From Podarcis pityusensis (lineage: Eukaryota), in NCBI GenBank assembly GCA_964106645.2, contig OZ067039.1: a stretch of DNA of 64,000 nucleotides. One strand, 5' to 3'. The notes under the pieces were generated by a model. That model was not told the origin of the DNA. It saw nothing but the letters and a program-made list of their open reading frames with translations, and made no database searches. Within the stretch, counting starts at the first letter, position 1. Each line of letters begins with the position of its first letter. This document shows, one piece after another, positions 48,880 to 62,133 of this stretch. Position numbers and translations under genes: made by a program.

Positions 48880-49860
48880 AATGCCGGGGCGGGGAGACGA
48901 GGAAATACGCGACCCCGAGGTTTCTACTCTGCAGCCACTCTGTGGCTCAGCCGGGGCGCCACGGAGGGCAGCTTGACTTCCAGCGCTCCTTAGGAGAAGA
49001 GAGGGGCGGCGCGGTATTAAGACAGCACGCCCCAGGGATCCTGCAGCGCCGCTCCTGCTTCCGCGCCGGGACTTCGACTCAGCCCCCGAGCCCCGGGCCG
49101 CGTTTTACCCGGAGCCCCGTGCGCCAAGCGCCGCTCGTGCGCCCTGAGCGCGCAGCGGAGGAAGACGGGAGCGGAATTCCCAGGGCTGCTCCCCACCCCC
49201 ACCCCGGCCCCCAGTGCGCATGCCAGGGAGGAAGCTCCTTGCTCAACCCCCTCCTCTTCCTGGCACCGAGTCCGGGGGGAGGGCGCGAGCGAGACAGGCG
49301 CTGGGGGTGGGTGGGGGCGGAGAGCACCCGCGGTCCCCTGCAGCCTGACCCCCCACCCACCCAGCACCCGCCGCGGCGGGGGCGCCACCCGGAGCCCCGG
49401 GAGGGCGGGGACAAGTTGGAGCCTGCGGCGGCGGCGGCGGCAGCAGCTGGGGAAGGGGCATCATGAACCGAGGTAAGTGCCAAGGGGGCCCCGGGCACTC
49501 TCGGCAGCAGCCGCGCCGGGTGGCGCACTGGGCACGGGCACGGGGACGCCAGCGCCCGGAGCCGAGCCCCTGGCCCACCCTCGCCCACCCCGCCAGCTCC
49601 TCTTGACAGTTCAAACTTCTGCCGGAGTTATGGGAGCTTCGCCTTCGGAGCGGGGAGGTGGGGGCAGAGAAAAGGCGACTGGGCGGCCGCCTCTCGGAGG
49701 GCAGCTTTCCCTGCAGCCAAGGGGGAGAAGCCCGGAATGAAATCTGGCGGCGATTCCAGCAGGCACCTTCCCACCCACCCAAAATCCGGATGCACGCACG
49801 AACTGCTAAGGTCGGAAAGGGGTTGGCTGCCCTCTGCCTCCCTTGAGGTGGAGGCGGTGT
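48880..49860 (+). promoter_or_regulatory. MBD6 CpG island with probable first non-coding exon ending at 49472
   Basis: Dense CpG; strong donor GAG|GTAAGT at 49472/49473; boundaries approximate. Confidence 0.7.
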
Positions 49861-52287
49861 CCAGGCCTCACTCTGCCCAATTCAGCTGCTGCTGCTGCTG
49901 CTGCTGCTGTGGTGGAGGAAAGAGTAGGGCCAACACTCTTTGAAGCACCGCCCCTAGTTTTGATTCCCCCCTCCCCACTTTTCAGACACCCAACAGCAGG
50001 TGGCAAGTTCTTTTGGATAGGAAGGATGACCAACCACAACTATAATTTCCTACAAAAGGGCTCACACAGCGACAGGAACTGGGTATCTGCACATTTCCCA
50101 TTCTTGTGTTGATAAATTTCAGGTCTTGTTGAATGGGGGTGTGGTGGTAAGGAAAGAGCTTCTCCTCCAATCCAAATCTGCCCCTACTCATACACACACA
50201 CGGTCTCTGAGCTGAGTAGAAGTGGGATTTCAGAGGTATTAAGTGCACAAAAAGGGGACTGCTCAGGAGACTGCAGCTTCCTGAATAATTCAGACTGAAA
50301 TAAGAGGTGAATATGTTTTCTTGTGGTCACTGTGGCAAGTCCGAGGCAGAGTAGGACGTGGGACCCCTCCAAGCCTAGGGTCTCTTTCTCCAAATCACAC
50401 AACTGCCCTTGGCTGCTCACCAGTTCAAGATGGACTGCTGCCAATATTTTTACAAGTTCTGTCATGTTGCTGTCCTGCTTGTTCTTCATCTAACTGGGAA
50501 ACTTCTGGGTAGCCAAGGCACGTAAAATGTCCAAATGGGACATTTGGATAGCAGTTGGTTCCTGCAGAAGGGGACTGGCTTGCATGAATCCAGGCAGTGG
50601 CAATTAATAGCAAAGGCTTATTGTCTCTAGTTTATGCTTCTTCATTCCTCAAGGTATCTCAGGGCTTTTCAAAATAGGTTTGAAGTGTATGCCACAAAAG
50701 AGCTGTGTTTGAGTCTCCTCTGTTTCTGGTCTGTGTCGTGGTTTTGGGCAAATTCTAGATGTGCATTTGTTGAAAATGGTAAAAACAGAATGTCCAACAC
50801 CTTGCAGAATATAATCAGCCCTGGCCTTGTGTCTCAATAATCAGAGTACCAGCAATACAATACATGAGAGGCCTACCCTTTTCTCCACGTGCCATTGAAC
50901 TGAAAATACATGCCATTTTAGAAGAGCCAGATCACATAGCTAGACAATGAAACATATCAAACATAATATTCACTTTCCCATTCTCTCGCCACAGGTCAGA
51001 ATAGGCTTCTGCAATGGGGCCCTTACATGATTTTTATACATTCCACCTCTGGATCCCCAAGGAGCAGAACCAAGAGAGTCTAAGCATTTTCCAGTGCCCT
51101 GTCATTTGAGGATCTGGCTGTTTCTTCCCAACAGTTCCTCCCACAGCGAGCTTTCCTGGGTGCAGAATGCAGGTTTCCCTCTATGCTGTACCTAGTCTCA
51201 ACAGCAGCTACAAATAATGTTGGCATCTGTCCGTCTCGAAAGACAAATCCTGCTTAATTAAAGAAGGAGGGTGTTTTGCTATCATTCCAGTTTCCCCTCT
51301 TTCCCTCTTTGGTGTTTTTGAGATAAAAAATCACTCCCTGCTTTCTCAGAAGTTGCAAGGAAATACCATACAACTCTCTGAAAGGGAGAAATGTTTCACC
51401 TCTCCTACTGTCTCAACCTTCTAGGATGATTCCTCAGTTGGGCAAGCTAGCATTCTGCCTTCTCCCCTCCACTAGCCTTCCCATAACTAGTTGGCTTGAG
51501 GCAGGAGGCTTAATTTTTATAGTGGCTTAACCCCACCCACATCTGGCTCTACCAATGAGTGGCAAGAGATGGAGCCAGTTGTTGGCATGCTACTGCCTCT
51601 ATTATTAACCCTTTCTGGTATGTTTTTCCTGGATTTCTGAGTTTGACATGTTCAGATGGAGCTGTTCGAGGTGACTATGGTTGTCAGCTTTTAAACTGAT
51701 CCATGGTTGCTCTGCTCTTTCTTCTGATTTCTACATATCAAGCAGCTTTTAAAGGCACTAAAACAGGCACTGCTGTTGTTGGTTTTCCTGTTGGCAACCC
51801 TAATGTTGACTTCTATTTGCCATTAGGGTTTTAAGACTGCTCTGAGGTGGTATTTGACCTGTTGTACAGCCTACTCTCTAATCTAGAGCTGTCTTAATGG
51901 GCTTAGATTTCCCAGTTTCAAAATAACAATTTTCCTGACTGTCTGGGGTGTGTAAGAATTGCCTCCAGGGAACCAGTCAGAGAAGCTTTATGAAAGCGGG
52001 TGAAGATGGTCTGTAAACTGTACTACAAGTTTGTGGGCTGGTAACCTGCAGGCATTTTGTGGGGTACTATCTGTTTTGAACTGACTTGTAAGGCTGCTGT
52101 CCTCTTACGCTCTCTGACCTTTTGTACCTGAACACCAGCTGTATGACATCTGCACATCTCTGCAGAAAAACTTGTCCCGTTGCGGACTTTAGCACTGATT
52201 CAGGTAGCCACTCTTTTCCTTTACTGAGAGTTGAAGATCAACAGCTGAAGCTTCTTGGTGTGAGGCTGCAGTATGGGCTAAAGCTTC

Positions 52288-52614
52288 ACCTGAAGGAGCG
52301 TCTCCACCCCCATCGTTCTGCCCGGACACTGAGGTCCAGCTCCGAGGGCCTTCTGGCGGTTCCCGCGCTGCGAGAAGCCAAGTTTCAGGGAACCAAGCAG
52401 AAGGCCTTCTCGGTAGTGGCACCCGCCCTGTGGAACTCCCTCCCACCAGATGTCAAAGAGAAAAACAACTACCAGACTTTTAGAAGACATCTGAAGGCAG
52501 CCCTGTTTAGGGAAGCTTTTAATGTTTGATGGACTATTGTATTTTAATATTTTGTTGGAAGCCGCCCAGGGTGGCTGGGGAAGCCCAGCCAGATGGGCGG
52601 GGTATAAATAATAG

Positions 52615-52650
<36 letters not shown>
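52288..52650 (+). mobile_element. L2-clade LINE 3' fragment with (TAT)n tail
   Basis: RTLRSSSEGLL...AFSVVAPALWNSLP...FRRHLKAALF ORF end, 3'UTR and microsatellite tail. Confidence 0.85.
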
Positions 52651-52652
<2 letters not shown>

Positions 52653-53115
52653 CCTGGTAATTTACTGCTACATTGCAGAATATCCTGCAGCACAGCAAGG
52701 ATAAAAACATCGGATCAGCTCTGTTGGTATTCAGAGGCAATCTGCCTCCGATGGTGGAGCAGGAACCTAGCTAGCATGGCTAATAGCTGGTGATAGTATC
52801 TTCCATGATTTTGTTTGCTCCTCTTTCAAAAGCCCTCCAATTTGATGGCCATCACAACACCTTTTCAGTCCCACAAGGTGGGACTAAGTCTATAGCTTAA
52901 CTTTGTGCATAATTTGACTGAGCATGGGGAACCTCCTGCCTGGAGACCAAATAAGACACTCCTGGTCCCCAGGACTCTCCCAAGCCATGCCCCTCACCAG
53001 TGTGGCTCCATGCCCTCCTTGAGTACTTTCGCCAGGCTGGAAGGTATCTTAGCTGCGGATGGAATGCTTGCCTGGATGGAAGATGGAGAGATGCCTCTAT
53101 GTGGATGTGCTACAG

Positions 53116-53256
53116 CAGGGATGGGGAACCTGGCGCCCTCAGGATGATGCTGTACCCCAACCATTGTATGTATCCGTGACCATTGGCCATGTTGGGTGGG
53201 GCTGATGGGAGTTGAAGTCCAGCAACATCTGGAGAGCCACAGCATCCCTATCCCTG
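53116..53256. mobile_element. hAT-type MITE, degraded (related fragments near 35450-35560, 41270-41390, 47903-48030, 62275-62370)
   Basis: CAGGGATGGGGAACCT terminus and GGGAGTTG/ACTACAACTCCC core shared with the other MITEs. Confidence 0.6.
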
Positions 53257-54256
53257 GTGCATAGAAAACTTTGGGGTTTGTCTGGAATGTAGTTTGCTAC
53301 ACAAAAGTAAGAATTGCGTTGATTGCTCTGCCCATATTTGCTTCTGGCTCCACTCACTTTTTGCCTCTGCCCCCACCTGCCACTGACAAGCAGCCCCTGG
53401 AAGGTTGCTCATGAAGGAATATGGCTCACCAATGTAGTAAAGGTAGTCTTCCAGATCAGTAGGCACGACTCCTGCCTTTTAGTTACCCCCTCTCTGGAAA
53501 TGTTGACCTGGTGCTGTAGAATAAGGTGGGCGAAGCTCTGAGGTGGCAGGTGACATTTATGAGTGCTCCCCTCCATAAACAGCTCCCCGCAAGCAGAAAG
53601 CTAGCACGGCAGCTGGGCTAAATGTGCCAACTTTTAACTTGCAAAGACATGTTTATATTGGGGGACGTTATGATCTCATTCTGTTGAATGTGTAGACCAA
53701 GGCTTTTGCCTGGGGGGGGGGGAGGGATGGATGTCAGGTGGACAAAGATGGATCTCCACATGGGTTCTCCAGGGTTTTACATGGCTTCGCTTCCCTTTAT
53801 ACCCTTTCAACCAGTCTCTTGTACTTGCAGTCAGAGTGGGAAGAGGGTGTCCGCATTCTCCCATTCTTTACAAGGTAGGTGAAGCTGAAATCCTAATCCA
53901 CCGTAGCAACTGGGATTTCAAAACCAGGGGTGGGTGGGCTGCTGTTGTCTTAACTCCAGGATGATTAGCAGTGAGTTGACCAGGATGTGATCGGGTGCGA
54001 TGTTTTACAGGTGAAGTCTTTGCTTGACTACCCTCTGCAGCACAAAATAATTAAGTGTGCCTCATCTCTGAGCTTAATGAGGGGTTTTGCAGACCTGACA
54101 AAGGCCCTGGTGAAATAGGCAGGTCTTGAGCATTGTCTTTGTCTTTAGCAAATACCTTTGGCCCACACGGTCCCTGTCGTGGGGAAGGCTGTGGGGAATC
54201 TCCTCTCTCTCTCCCCCCCTTAGTGATGGCATAACAATGTCTTCCTTCCATTCCAG

Positions 54257-54406
54257 GTGTAGGCTAGCGTGGCCGCAGAGTGGGTGTGAGCTCGCTGCAC
54301 TGGACGCCACCCGGACCCCAGAAGAGAGACTGCTGGGCTATGAGTGCCTGAAGGGATCGTGCCCACTCTTAACGCCGCCTGCCGTGAGGTTTGCAGCCAT
54401 GAGCAG
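54257..54406 (+). other. Candidate MBD6 5'UTR exon
   Basis: ttccattccag| ... cag|gtagga; locally CpG-rich 150 nt. Confidence 0.4.
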
Positions 54407-55132
54407 GTAGGAGCCATCGGCAGAGCAGATCTGGGATTAAAGGATCAGCCAGCTGTTTGCCGTTTCACGGCTCCCTCCTGGTGGAGTTTAGTAGGTCAGA
54501 GCTGCCCAGGGAGTGTTGGGAGGGGGCAGAGGAAACAGACAGACAGTGGGGGCTTGGGGAATGCAGCGCCTGACTCCCCGATTCACCTCAGACACCCTGC
54601 TATCACCTCCTTTCCTCATTCTAAAGGCTGATCTGTGTTGAAAAGAATCATGTAGCAGAGTCCCTGTGGGACTGTATCACTTCAGATGGCAAGTGGTAGT
54701 AGGGGAAGTCGAGGGTTTCTTAATGCTCCCCTATGCTTAAAAATGAAGCAAAAAATGCTCTCCAAACCCTCTGTACAGTGATTCCTCCACATGCAAACTG
54801 TAGTGGTACAGCCCTGCAAGCACTCCGCTGTGTGATTCTGCTGATGGCGTAACTTGGTTCTTTTCTAGAGCTTTTCAAGCTACCAAAGAATCAGTGTCTG
54901 TTTTTGTTTTTCCAAAATGTCCACCAGGGAAGTAGAGGTGTGTGTGTATGTCGGGGTGCTTGGAGGTGATTACACAAAACCTATGCCACATTTTCTGGGG
55001 TGGCTGACAGCTAAAGTCCCTAGATCAAAGTAAGCTCCATTCTATCAGGTCTTGCCATTTGTGGCCTGTGCAACTAGGCTGCACCCTTCCCAGCTTAGGG
55101 TTGGCCTGAGAAGTTTGCAACTGGGTTACATG

Positions 55133-55190
55133 CCCTCCCTCCCTCCCTCCCTCCCTCCCTCCCTCCCTCCCTCCCTCCCTCCTTCCTTCC
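55133..55190. repeat. (CCCT)n microsatellite
   Basis: Direct reading. Confidence 0.9.
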
Positions 55191-55276
55191 CCACCCCTCT
55201 CCAGGCAAGGTGGTTGTGCCTGTCATCTTGGTGACCCTCTGGGTTTTTTCAGGTGCCCAAGTGCTGAGGGAGCACA

Positions 55277-55389
55277 ATGAATGGCGGCGATGATTGCTCT
55301 GTTGTGGATCGAGGTGGGCGCCTGGCAGTCACACCTGTGCCCGTGGGCTGGCAGCGCATGGTGGAAGAGGGTGGAGTGCGCTATATCAG
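55277..55389 (+). CDS. MBD6: MBD6 first coding exon (exon begins 55253)
   Basis: ATG AAT GGC GGC ... ATC AG|gtaagc. Confidence 0.92.
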
Positions 55390-55856
55390 GTAAGCCTGGC
55401 ATTATATCTGGTGATGGGGCAGATGGGGCTCATCCACCTGGGAAGGCAGCCCATCTAGGAGAAGGGAAACTCTGATCCTAAACCTGCATGGCCTTGTGGG
55501 ATATCTTCAGGAGACGAAGAGGCTAAGGAGTAAACCCTACACAAATCCAAAGTCAAGTCCCTAAGACAGTTGGATAGCACTTTGTACGCCTCTTTCCTGC
55601 AACTCCTGCAGCCAAGCTGGTGTCAAATGTATTGTTCTGCTTTCCTTTGGACCACATCAGTGAGGCCAAGAGGGGGGTCTTGTTGTCTGGGCAGCCCAGG
55701 AGCCCCATACACAGCGTCCAGACTTGCACCCTTTGGTGCTGCTAACGCAACACTTTGACTTCACCCTCGGAGGTGCACTCCATTGTCTCTGGAGACAGAT
55801 GGATGCCGATGGTGAGCTTCTTGTTTGTCCCCCTGGTGTACTAGTCCCCTGACACT

Positions 55857-55905
<49 letters not shown>

Positions 55906-58900
55906 TCCCCTCCCCCCATAGTCCCAGCGGCACCAGCCTGGCTTCGTTGGAGCAGACTCGTGCATACCTGCTGGCGGACGGCACGTGCAAGTGTGGCCTG
56001 GAGTGTCCCCTCAACATGCATAAGGTACAGAACTTGGGAGAGAGAACCAAAACTGTGCTTGCCGCCAGCAGTAGACTCTGGCCTGGAGGTTTTCAACCTT
56101 TGCCCAAGTAGTGAGAATAACAAAAGGAGAACAAAGGTTGACGGTAGGAATTTTGGAGGATGTGTTACACCAGGCTTCCTCAACCTCGGCCCTCCAGATG
56201 TTTTGAGACTGCAATTCCCATCATCCCTGACCACTGGTCCTGCTAGCTAGGGATCATGGGAGTTGTAGGCCAAAAGCACCTGGGGGGCCGAGGTTGAGGA
56301 AGCCTGTGTTACACTGAGTCAGCCCATGGACCCAATCTAGCTCAGTGTCCTCTGCACCGATTGGCAGGGGCTCTCCAGAGCTTTCTGAGAAGGGAACATT
56401 GCCAACTTGACCTGGAGATGACAAGGCTTGAACCTCGGACCTTTTGCATGCAAAGCACCTGTTGCACCACTGAGCCATGGCCCTTCTTCCGCTAGTGGCC
56501 AGGCCTTGTTCCAGAAAACGGGAGAGTTGGTCATTTGCTGGGAACCCTAGACTTGCAAAGGGCCACCAGCCCAGCACTACCACCATTACTGTTCTTGCTT
56601 TCTGCAGAGTGCCCATTCGGGCCAGAGACGTGGGCTGGGGAGGCACCTCTTTGTGGCAGCTCATTCCACAGCTTTGTAACTTAGCCCCGGAAACTGGATA
56701 CAGAAAACCAGCTCATCTAGTGCAACATCCTCACAGTGGCCAACCATAAGCCTGTGAGAAGCTCACTAGCAGGACCTGAGTGCAACAGCCCTCTTCCCAC
56801 TTGCTATTCCCAGCATCCTGCCTCTGACAGTGGAGGTAGATTACAGGAAATTAAATATGGGGAGTGTTGTGTGGATGCTGCAATTTTGCACAAGTGCTGG
56901 AAAGAATTGCTGGATGTGGCATTCACTTTCCTAAAGGTTTCCCGCCTTTTTAAAGGAAGTTTCTAGCCTTTGGTGTTGCAAAGGCACATTTAAACGTATG
57001 GGAGCAAAGCCTGGTTGAGTCACAGAAACCGGGAGAAGGGGGGCTGTGGGATAAGATTTCTAGTGGTCTAAGGACGGGGCTCCGGCATCCTACGATTCCT
57101 TGCTGCTCCCTATGGGAAGACTAAATGAGGCAAAACGAGAAAAAAGGCAAATTGGCTTAATCTGCACAATATCTCAAGGCTGCAGGATACAGCTTGCAGA
57201 GAGTACATACAAGAGAGAGTTTTCTGCTGTAGAGGTGGATGCTGCCCTGTTTGGCTTGGGCATTCCAGCTCTGTGATCCTCAGGCTAGAAAAAGGTCTGA
57301 CCCTCTACAGTTCTGCCAAATTCTGCCCTTTAATTTGAAGAGCAGCATGCTAGATCCGTGAGCGGGGACATGTTCACCACACTAAGCACCAGTAGCTATT
57401 TTGGAAAGGAACAGAAAGTGTGTGTGTGGCTTGGTTGGGGTCAGATCTTGTCATTCAGCAGCAGCAGAAGCTGGCAGTGCATCCAGGGCTCCCTTCTGCC
57501 AACAGCACATTCCTAGCTCTTCACAGTGCAGGGGCTTTCCAGCTCTCCACCTCAGGGAAACCTGTTCCGAGTCGGCTGTCATTTGCCAAAGAACCTCTGC
57601 ATGTTGCAGAAGATTCTGGGGGGAAATAGGGATGCTCCAGGGTGCTTCACACAGAGTCCCAAGTCAGGCCTTTTGCTGACATTCACTCTGCTAGGACACA
57701 CCTGGCACACATGCTGCTGCTGTTCATTTCAAGGGAAGTTGCCTTTGCAGGAAGGGAAAGGGCCGTAGCTCAGCAGGTAGAGCACCTGCCTTTCAGGCAG
57801 AAGGCCCCAAGTTCAGTCCCTGGCATCCTCAGGGCTGAACCGAGAGACTTCTGTTCAACAACCTGGAGAACCACAGCCAGCGTAGTAATACTGAGCTAGA
57901 CGACCCGATAGTCCATTGTTTCTTCTCCTTTGTGGCTGGACAGAGCCACCTGCTGCATAGGGGACAGTTGTAACCAGAGCTGTTTGTATTCCCCTTGTGA
58001 GCAACCACACCACACACATGTAGAAATCAGACTGCCTTTGGCACCCTAAGAATCTCAGCTTTCGTTTTTTTAAAGAACAAGGTACTAGTCCTTTTTGATG
58101 CAAAGACACGTTTGAAAACATGTGAACGGTGTTTGGAGAAAGAAGGCAGAGGGGAGATGACTAAGAGGTCAGAGGGTTGTGAGGAGGGCCATTGCTTAAG
58201 TGTTCTCCGAGGCTCTTTGCTTGTCCCCCTGTCCCAGGGCTAACAGACAGAATTAATTGTGCAAACTGTATGCAGATTGATTTGATTTGCACAGTTTATT
58301 CAGGTTTCAGGATTCAGTCTCCGCTGGTGCAGAATTTAGGTTGGAGCTTTGTGGGCGTCTGTTTTTCTCTGAAGGTCAGCTGCTTTCCACCCATTGGGAT
58401 GACCCTCCATTCTAGTTTCTTGCTTTAAGGATGACTGTATGTGGAGAAGAATTAGTGAAAGAATCAGCGCAAGTTTGCATTATGGGGTCATTAAGGTAAC
58501 AGTCATCATTAGTGTGCTGCGTTGGACTGGAGAAAGCAGGATTCAGATCCCTGCTCAACCACAAAGCTCACTGGGTATCCTCGGGTCATTCAAAATTTCA
58601 GCCTAACTCCCCACCCCCAGGTTGTAGTGCAGAGGGCAGAACCATATATGCTCCTCTGTGAGTTCCTTGGAGGAAGGGTGGGTTTAAAACAGGGTTGGGG
58701 CACCTTTGGCTCTCCAGGCACCGATTGACCACAATCCCCATCATTCCTGACAACTAGGCCATGCTGGGCCTCTTAAGGTGGGTTCCAGCACCTCTCAGGT
58801 GGGCACTATTGCCATTCTAAAAGAACGAGGGAGGCGTTTATGGTGAGTTCTGGCACCTCTTTTTCTAGAAAAATAGCACTGACAACAACCCTGTGAGGTA

Positions 58901-61900
58901 GGTCAGGCAGAGAGGCAGTGACTGGCCCAGGGTCACTCAGTGAGCTTCCTGGCTGAGGGGATTTGAACCCTGGTCTCCCAGGTTTTAGTCCAGTACTCTA
59001 ACCACTGCACCACATTGACTCTAACTTGGACCACAAGAAATGGCCTGACTCCCACTGCAGTCTCTTTTTATCACCTCGTTCCCCTGGACTGGTCAGGTGC
59101 CCTCCTGTTTTTAAGTATTTTCTTCCCACCCCGTCTTGGTTAGGTTTTCAACTTCGACCCAGCAGCAATGGTGACAGGGAGTGAAGGAAGCAAGGGCGAC
59201 GAGGACATGACCAAGCTGTGCAACCACCGGCGGAAAATTGTGGCTATGGCCACGCTGTACCGCAGCATGGAGAGCCATGGACCCCTGAGCCTGCCACACC
59301 TGGGGCCAGGTAACTGTGTTCTCCCACACGGGGCCATATTCCTTCACTGTTCTTTTTGGTAGCACTGTAAGCCTGGCCAGTGCTAGGGACTGGGAATTGG
59401 CTTAGCCAGCCAGCCTATTCAACCCCTGTGTGAGTCATTTGCTCTGGGCTTTTTCCATTTGCATTCCATTCCTGCCAACCTAGCAGTTCGAAAGCACGTC
59501 AAAGTGCAAGTAGATAAATAGGTACCGCTCCGGCGGGAAGGTAAACGGCGTTTCCGTGTGCTGCTCTGGTTCGCCAGAAGCGGCTTAGTCATGCTGGCCA
59601 CATGACCCGGAAGCTGTACGCCGGCTCCCTTGGCCAATAAAGCGAGATGAGCGCCGTAACCCCAGAGTCAGCCACGACTGGACCTAATGGTCAGGGGTCC
59701 CTTTACCTTTACTTTTTCCATTTAGGAGACCTGCTTAAATGGGTGCTCACACATCAAATTCAACCTGTGTACACAAATATTTAATCTGTACGCTCATAAA
59801 GTTGTTTGCTTGTAATATTCTGTGAGTGTGCAGTTTGTATACCTGTGTCCACAGCAGTTGAGCTGTACAAATCAGCAAGTGTACACTCTTTTCACACAAG
59901 CACTTGCACATGTGTCCAAACACCCTGTACAAATATTCAGTGTAATGTGTGAACGACCCTATAGAGACACAAGGGGAATGGCCCTCTAATTATTTATGTT
60001 TATTGTTGTTCGATAATTGAGATTATGTAAAGTAAAAGAAGGGACATGGGTGGCGCTGTGGTCTAAACCACTGAGCCTAGGGCTTACCGATCAGAAGGTT
60101 GGCGGTTCGAATCCCCACGACGGGGTGAGCTCCCGTTGCTCGGTCCCAGCTCCTGCCCGCCTAGCAGTTCGAAAGCACGTCAAAGTGCAAGTAGATAAAT
60201 AGGTACCGCTCCAGCGGGAAGGTAAACGGCGTTTCCGTGCGCTGCTCTCGTTCACCAGAAGCGGCTTAGTCATGCTGGCCACATGACCCAGAAGCTGTCT
60301 GTGGACAAACGCCGGCTCCCTCAGCCTGGAAAACAGGATGAGCACCCAGAGTTGTCCGCGACTGGACCTAACGGTCAGGGGTCCCCTTACCTTTACCTTT
60401 AAAGTAAAAGAAACATGTAAAGAAAAACAAGTAACACTGTGGATACTCCTAAAGTGGGATATAACTTTTATCCTTTCACACTACAAGTAATATGAAGTCA
60501 CATGTACCTCAACAGTGAGAAAAATAGTGCTTCAGACAGCACAGATTTGGGCAGTGCCAATATAACTGCTGAACAACGTCCCCAAGGAAGAATTCGGAAC
60601 GTCTCAAATGTATTTGACATCAGCTTTATCTTAAACATTAATATTTTTTTTGGCATCTGGTGACTTTTGTCTTCTGTATCTGCTCCACATCATCCAGTAC
60701 CACCAGAGTCATCGCTTGCATTGCCATCATCATTAGTTAATGCAAAGATAGTGGTTTAGAAAGTATATATTTTAAAAAACCCTGAAATATTAACTTTGCT
60801 TAGGCCCGTGCAGTTTGCTTTTGCAGTGATTTCCTTTTGCATCTGTTGCTTTTTTATCTGTTTCCAGGGCCCAGCTTGACCCAGCTGCCTCACCCAACCA
60901 CACCAGGGCCCAGCAGTCGCCCACAGCAGATGCTCCCCAGCAAAGCCTCCACCACCCTGGCGAAGGGCCCTGAACTCTACCAGCAGTGCCCCTCGGATCG
61001 CTATGGCAACACCTGGTCCAGCCCGAGCTCCACTTTCCCCCGCCACCACAACACTCTCTTTGGGGATGTCTTCCCAGGCCGCCTGCCTGCCACCACCAAT
61101 GGCAACACCCGGCCGTCCTTCCCAACCGAACTGAGTGCTGTGGGGGGGCCTTTCCTGCCCAGCAAGGCCCTCCCAGACACGCTGTCCCGGCCCTACCCCC
61201 CTTCCAGCTGCCTCCTCTTCCCCCCGCCAGATGAGGCGGCGTCCAGCCAGGAGGGCGGCCCCTGGAGCAGCCGGCCGGTGCCTCTGGGGTCTCAGACCAG
61301 CACCACAGGCTCACCCGCCCCCACCACCCTCTCCTCCATTTCATCGCCGGCAGGCAGCGCCGAGCCGTCCCCGCAGCGCTCTCGGCACTCCTCGGCTTCC
61401 TCGGAGCAGGGCCTCTCTGGACACCGCCCGGCTGCCAGGCCCCCCGGCTTGGACGCAGCGGCCCCAGCCAATGCCTTAACCAACCAAAGCAGCAATAACC
61501 TGCCCTCAGTGCCCTTAGGAGTTGCCCCGGAAGGCAAAGGACCGCCCAGCCTGCTGCTGCTCCACCCTCCGGGCCCAGGCTCCTTCCCAGCCAGCAGCTT
61601 GTTGAGTGCAGCCGCCAAGGCCCAGCTGGCCAGCAGGGGGCGTCCCGACGAGCTGGCTGCCAGCACTTTACCCAGCCGCTTGCTACTGTCCATGGTGGGC
61701 GGGCGAGCACCCAGGCGGCAGCGCCGCTCTCCCACCGTCCTGCGCCTGCTCAAGGACTCCCACTCGGCGGGGCAGGCGGGGGGGCTCGCCCATCCGGAGG
61801 AGACGCCGACCCGTCACCCCCGGCCTCGGGACCAGCTGCCGGCAGGGGAGGCCAAGAATGGACCCCCCAGCTCCGGGGCTCCGGCTCAGCCGCTCTCGTC

Positions 61901-62133
61901 CCTGCTCAGCCTGCTCGCTCCCCCCGTGAGCTCACTGGCCGCCCCAGGCCTCCCGCCGGTGCCCCCGACCCCCGCTGGCGACAGCCCCAGCCCTTTGCCC
62001 TCCTTCCAGGACTTCAACAGCCAGCTCCTCAGCCTCTTTGGCCAGCTGGCCTCGGCGTCTTCTGAACAGATCTCAGGGAGCCCCCCACAGCCAAAACCGC
62101 CTGCCTCCCCACTCGGATCACACGGCACCCCAG
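55277..62133 (+). CDS. MBD6: Methyl-CpG-binding domain protein 6, 5' part (exons 55277-55389, 55922-56024, 59144-59309, 60868-62133; gene continues downstream)
   Basis: MNGG start; MBD5/6-type domain VPVGWQR...[40 protein letters not shown], then [22 protein letters not shown] and [15 protein letters not shown]; syntenic with DDIT3. Confidence 0.95.
55856..55903. repeat. (TTTC)n microsatellite forming the polypyrimidine tract of an MBD6 exon
   Basis: Direct reading; acceptor AG ends at 55921. Confidence 0.9.
55922..56024 (+). CDS. MBD6: MBD6 coding exon 2
   Basis: catag| ... AAG|gtacag, 103 nt. Confidence 0.93.
56171..56306. mobile_element. hAT-type palindromic MITE
   Basis: TIR CAGGCTTCCTCAACCTCGGCCC; perfect 8-bp TSD TGTTACAC. 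Confidence 0.9.
58883..59022 (-). mobile_element. tRNA-derived SINE, Squam3/MIR-like (related fragments near 1600-1680, 10190-10310, 39760-39845, 43150-43260, 58520-58690)
   Basis: Minus strand TGTGGTGCAGTGGTTAGAGT...GGTTCAAATCC A/B boxes and CTCACAGGGTTGTTGT core. Confidence 0.65.
59144..59309 (+). CDS. MBD6: MBD6 coding exon 3
   Basis: ttag|GTT TTC AAC TTC GAC ... G|gtaact, 166 nt. Confidence 0.93.
59470..59711 (+). mobile_element. Sauria SINE, 5'-truncated
   Basis: Same core and tail as 60040-60400; head missing. Confidence 0.88.
60040..60400 (+). mobile_element. Sauria SINE, full length
   Basis: A/B-box head, conserved core, (TACCTT)n tail; flanked by AAAGTAAAAGAA direct repeats (TSD). 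Confidence 0.9.
60868..62133 (+). CDS. MBD6: MBD6 large Pro/Ser-rich coding exon
   Basis: 1266-nt open exon, phase 1/1; [16 protein letters not shown] and [11 protein letters not shown] motifs. Confidence 0.9.

Noticed and set aside
52122-52529. 135-aa ORF as a host gene
   Set aside because: It is the C-terminal end of an L2 LINE ORF2
60790-61753. Long minus-strand ORFs (306 and 153 aa)
   Set aside because: Shadow frames of the GC-rich MBD6 exon
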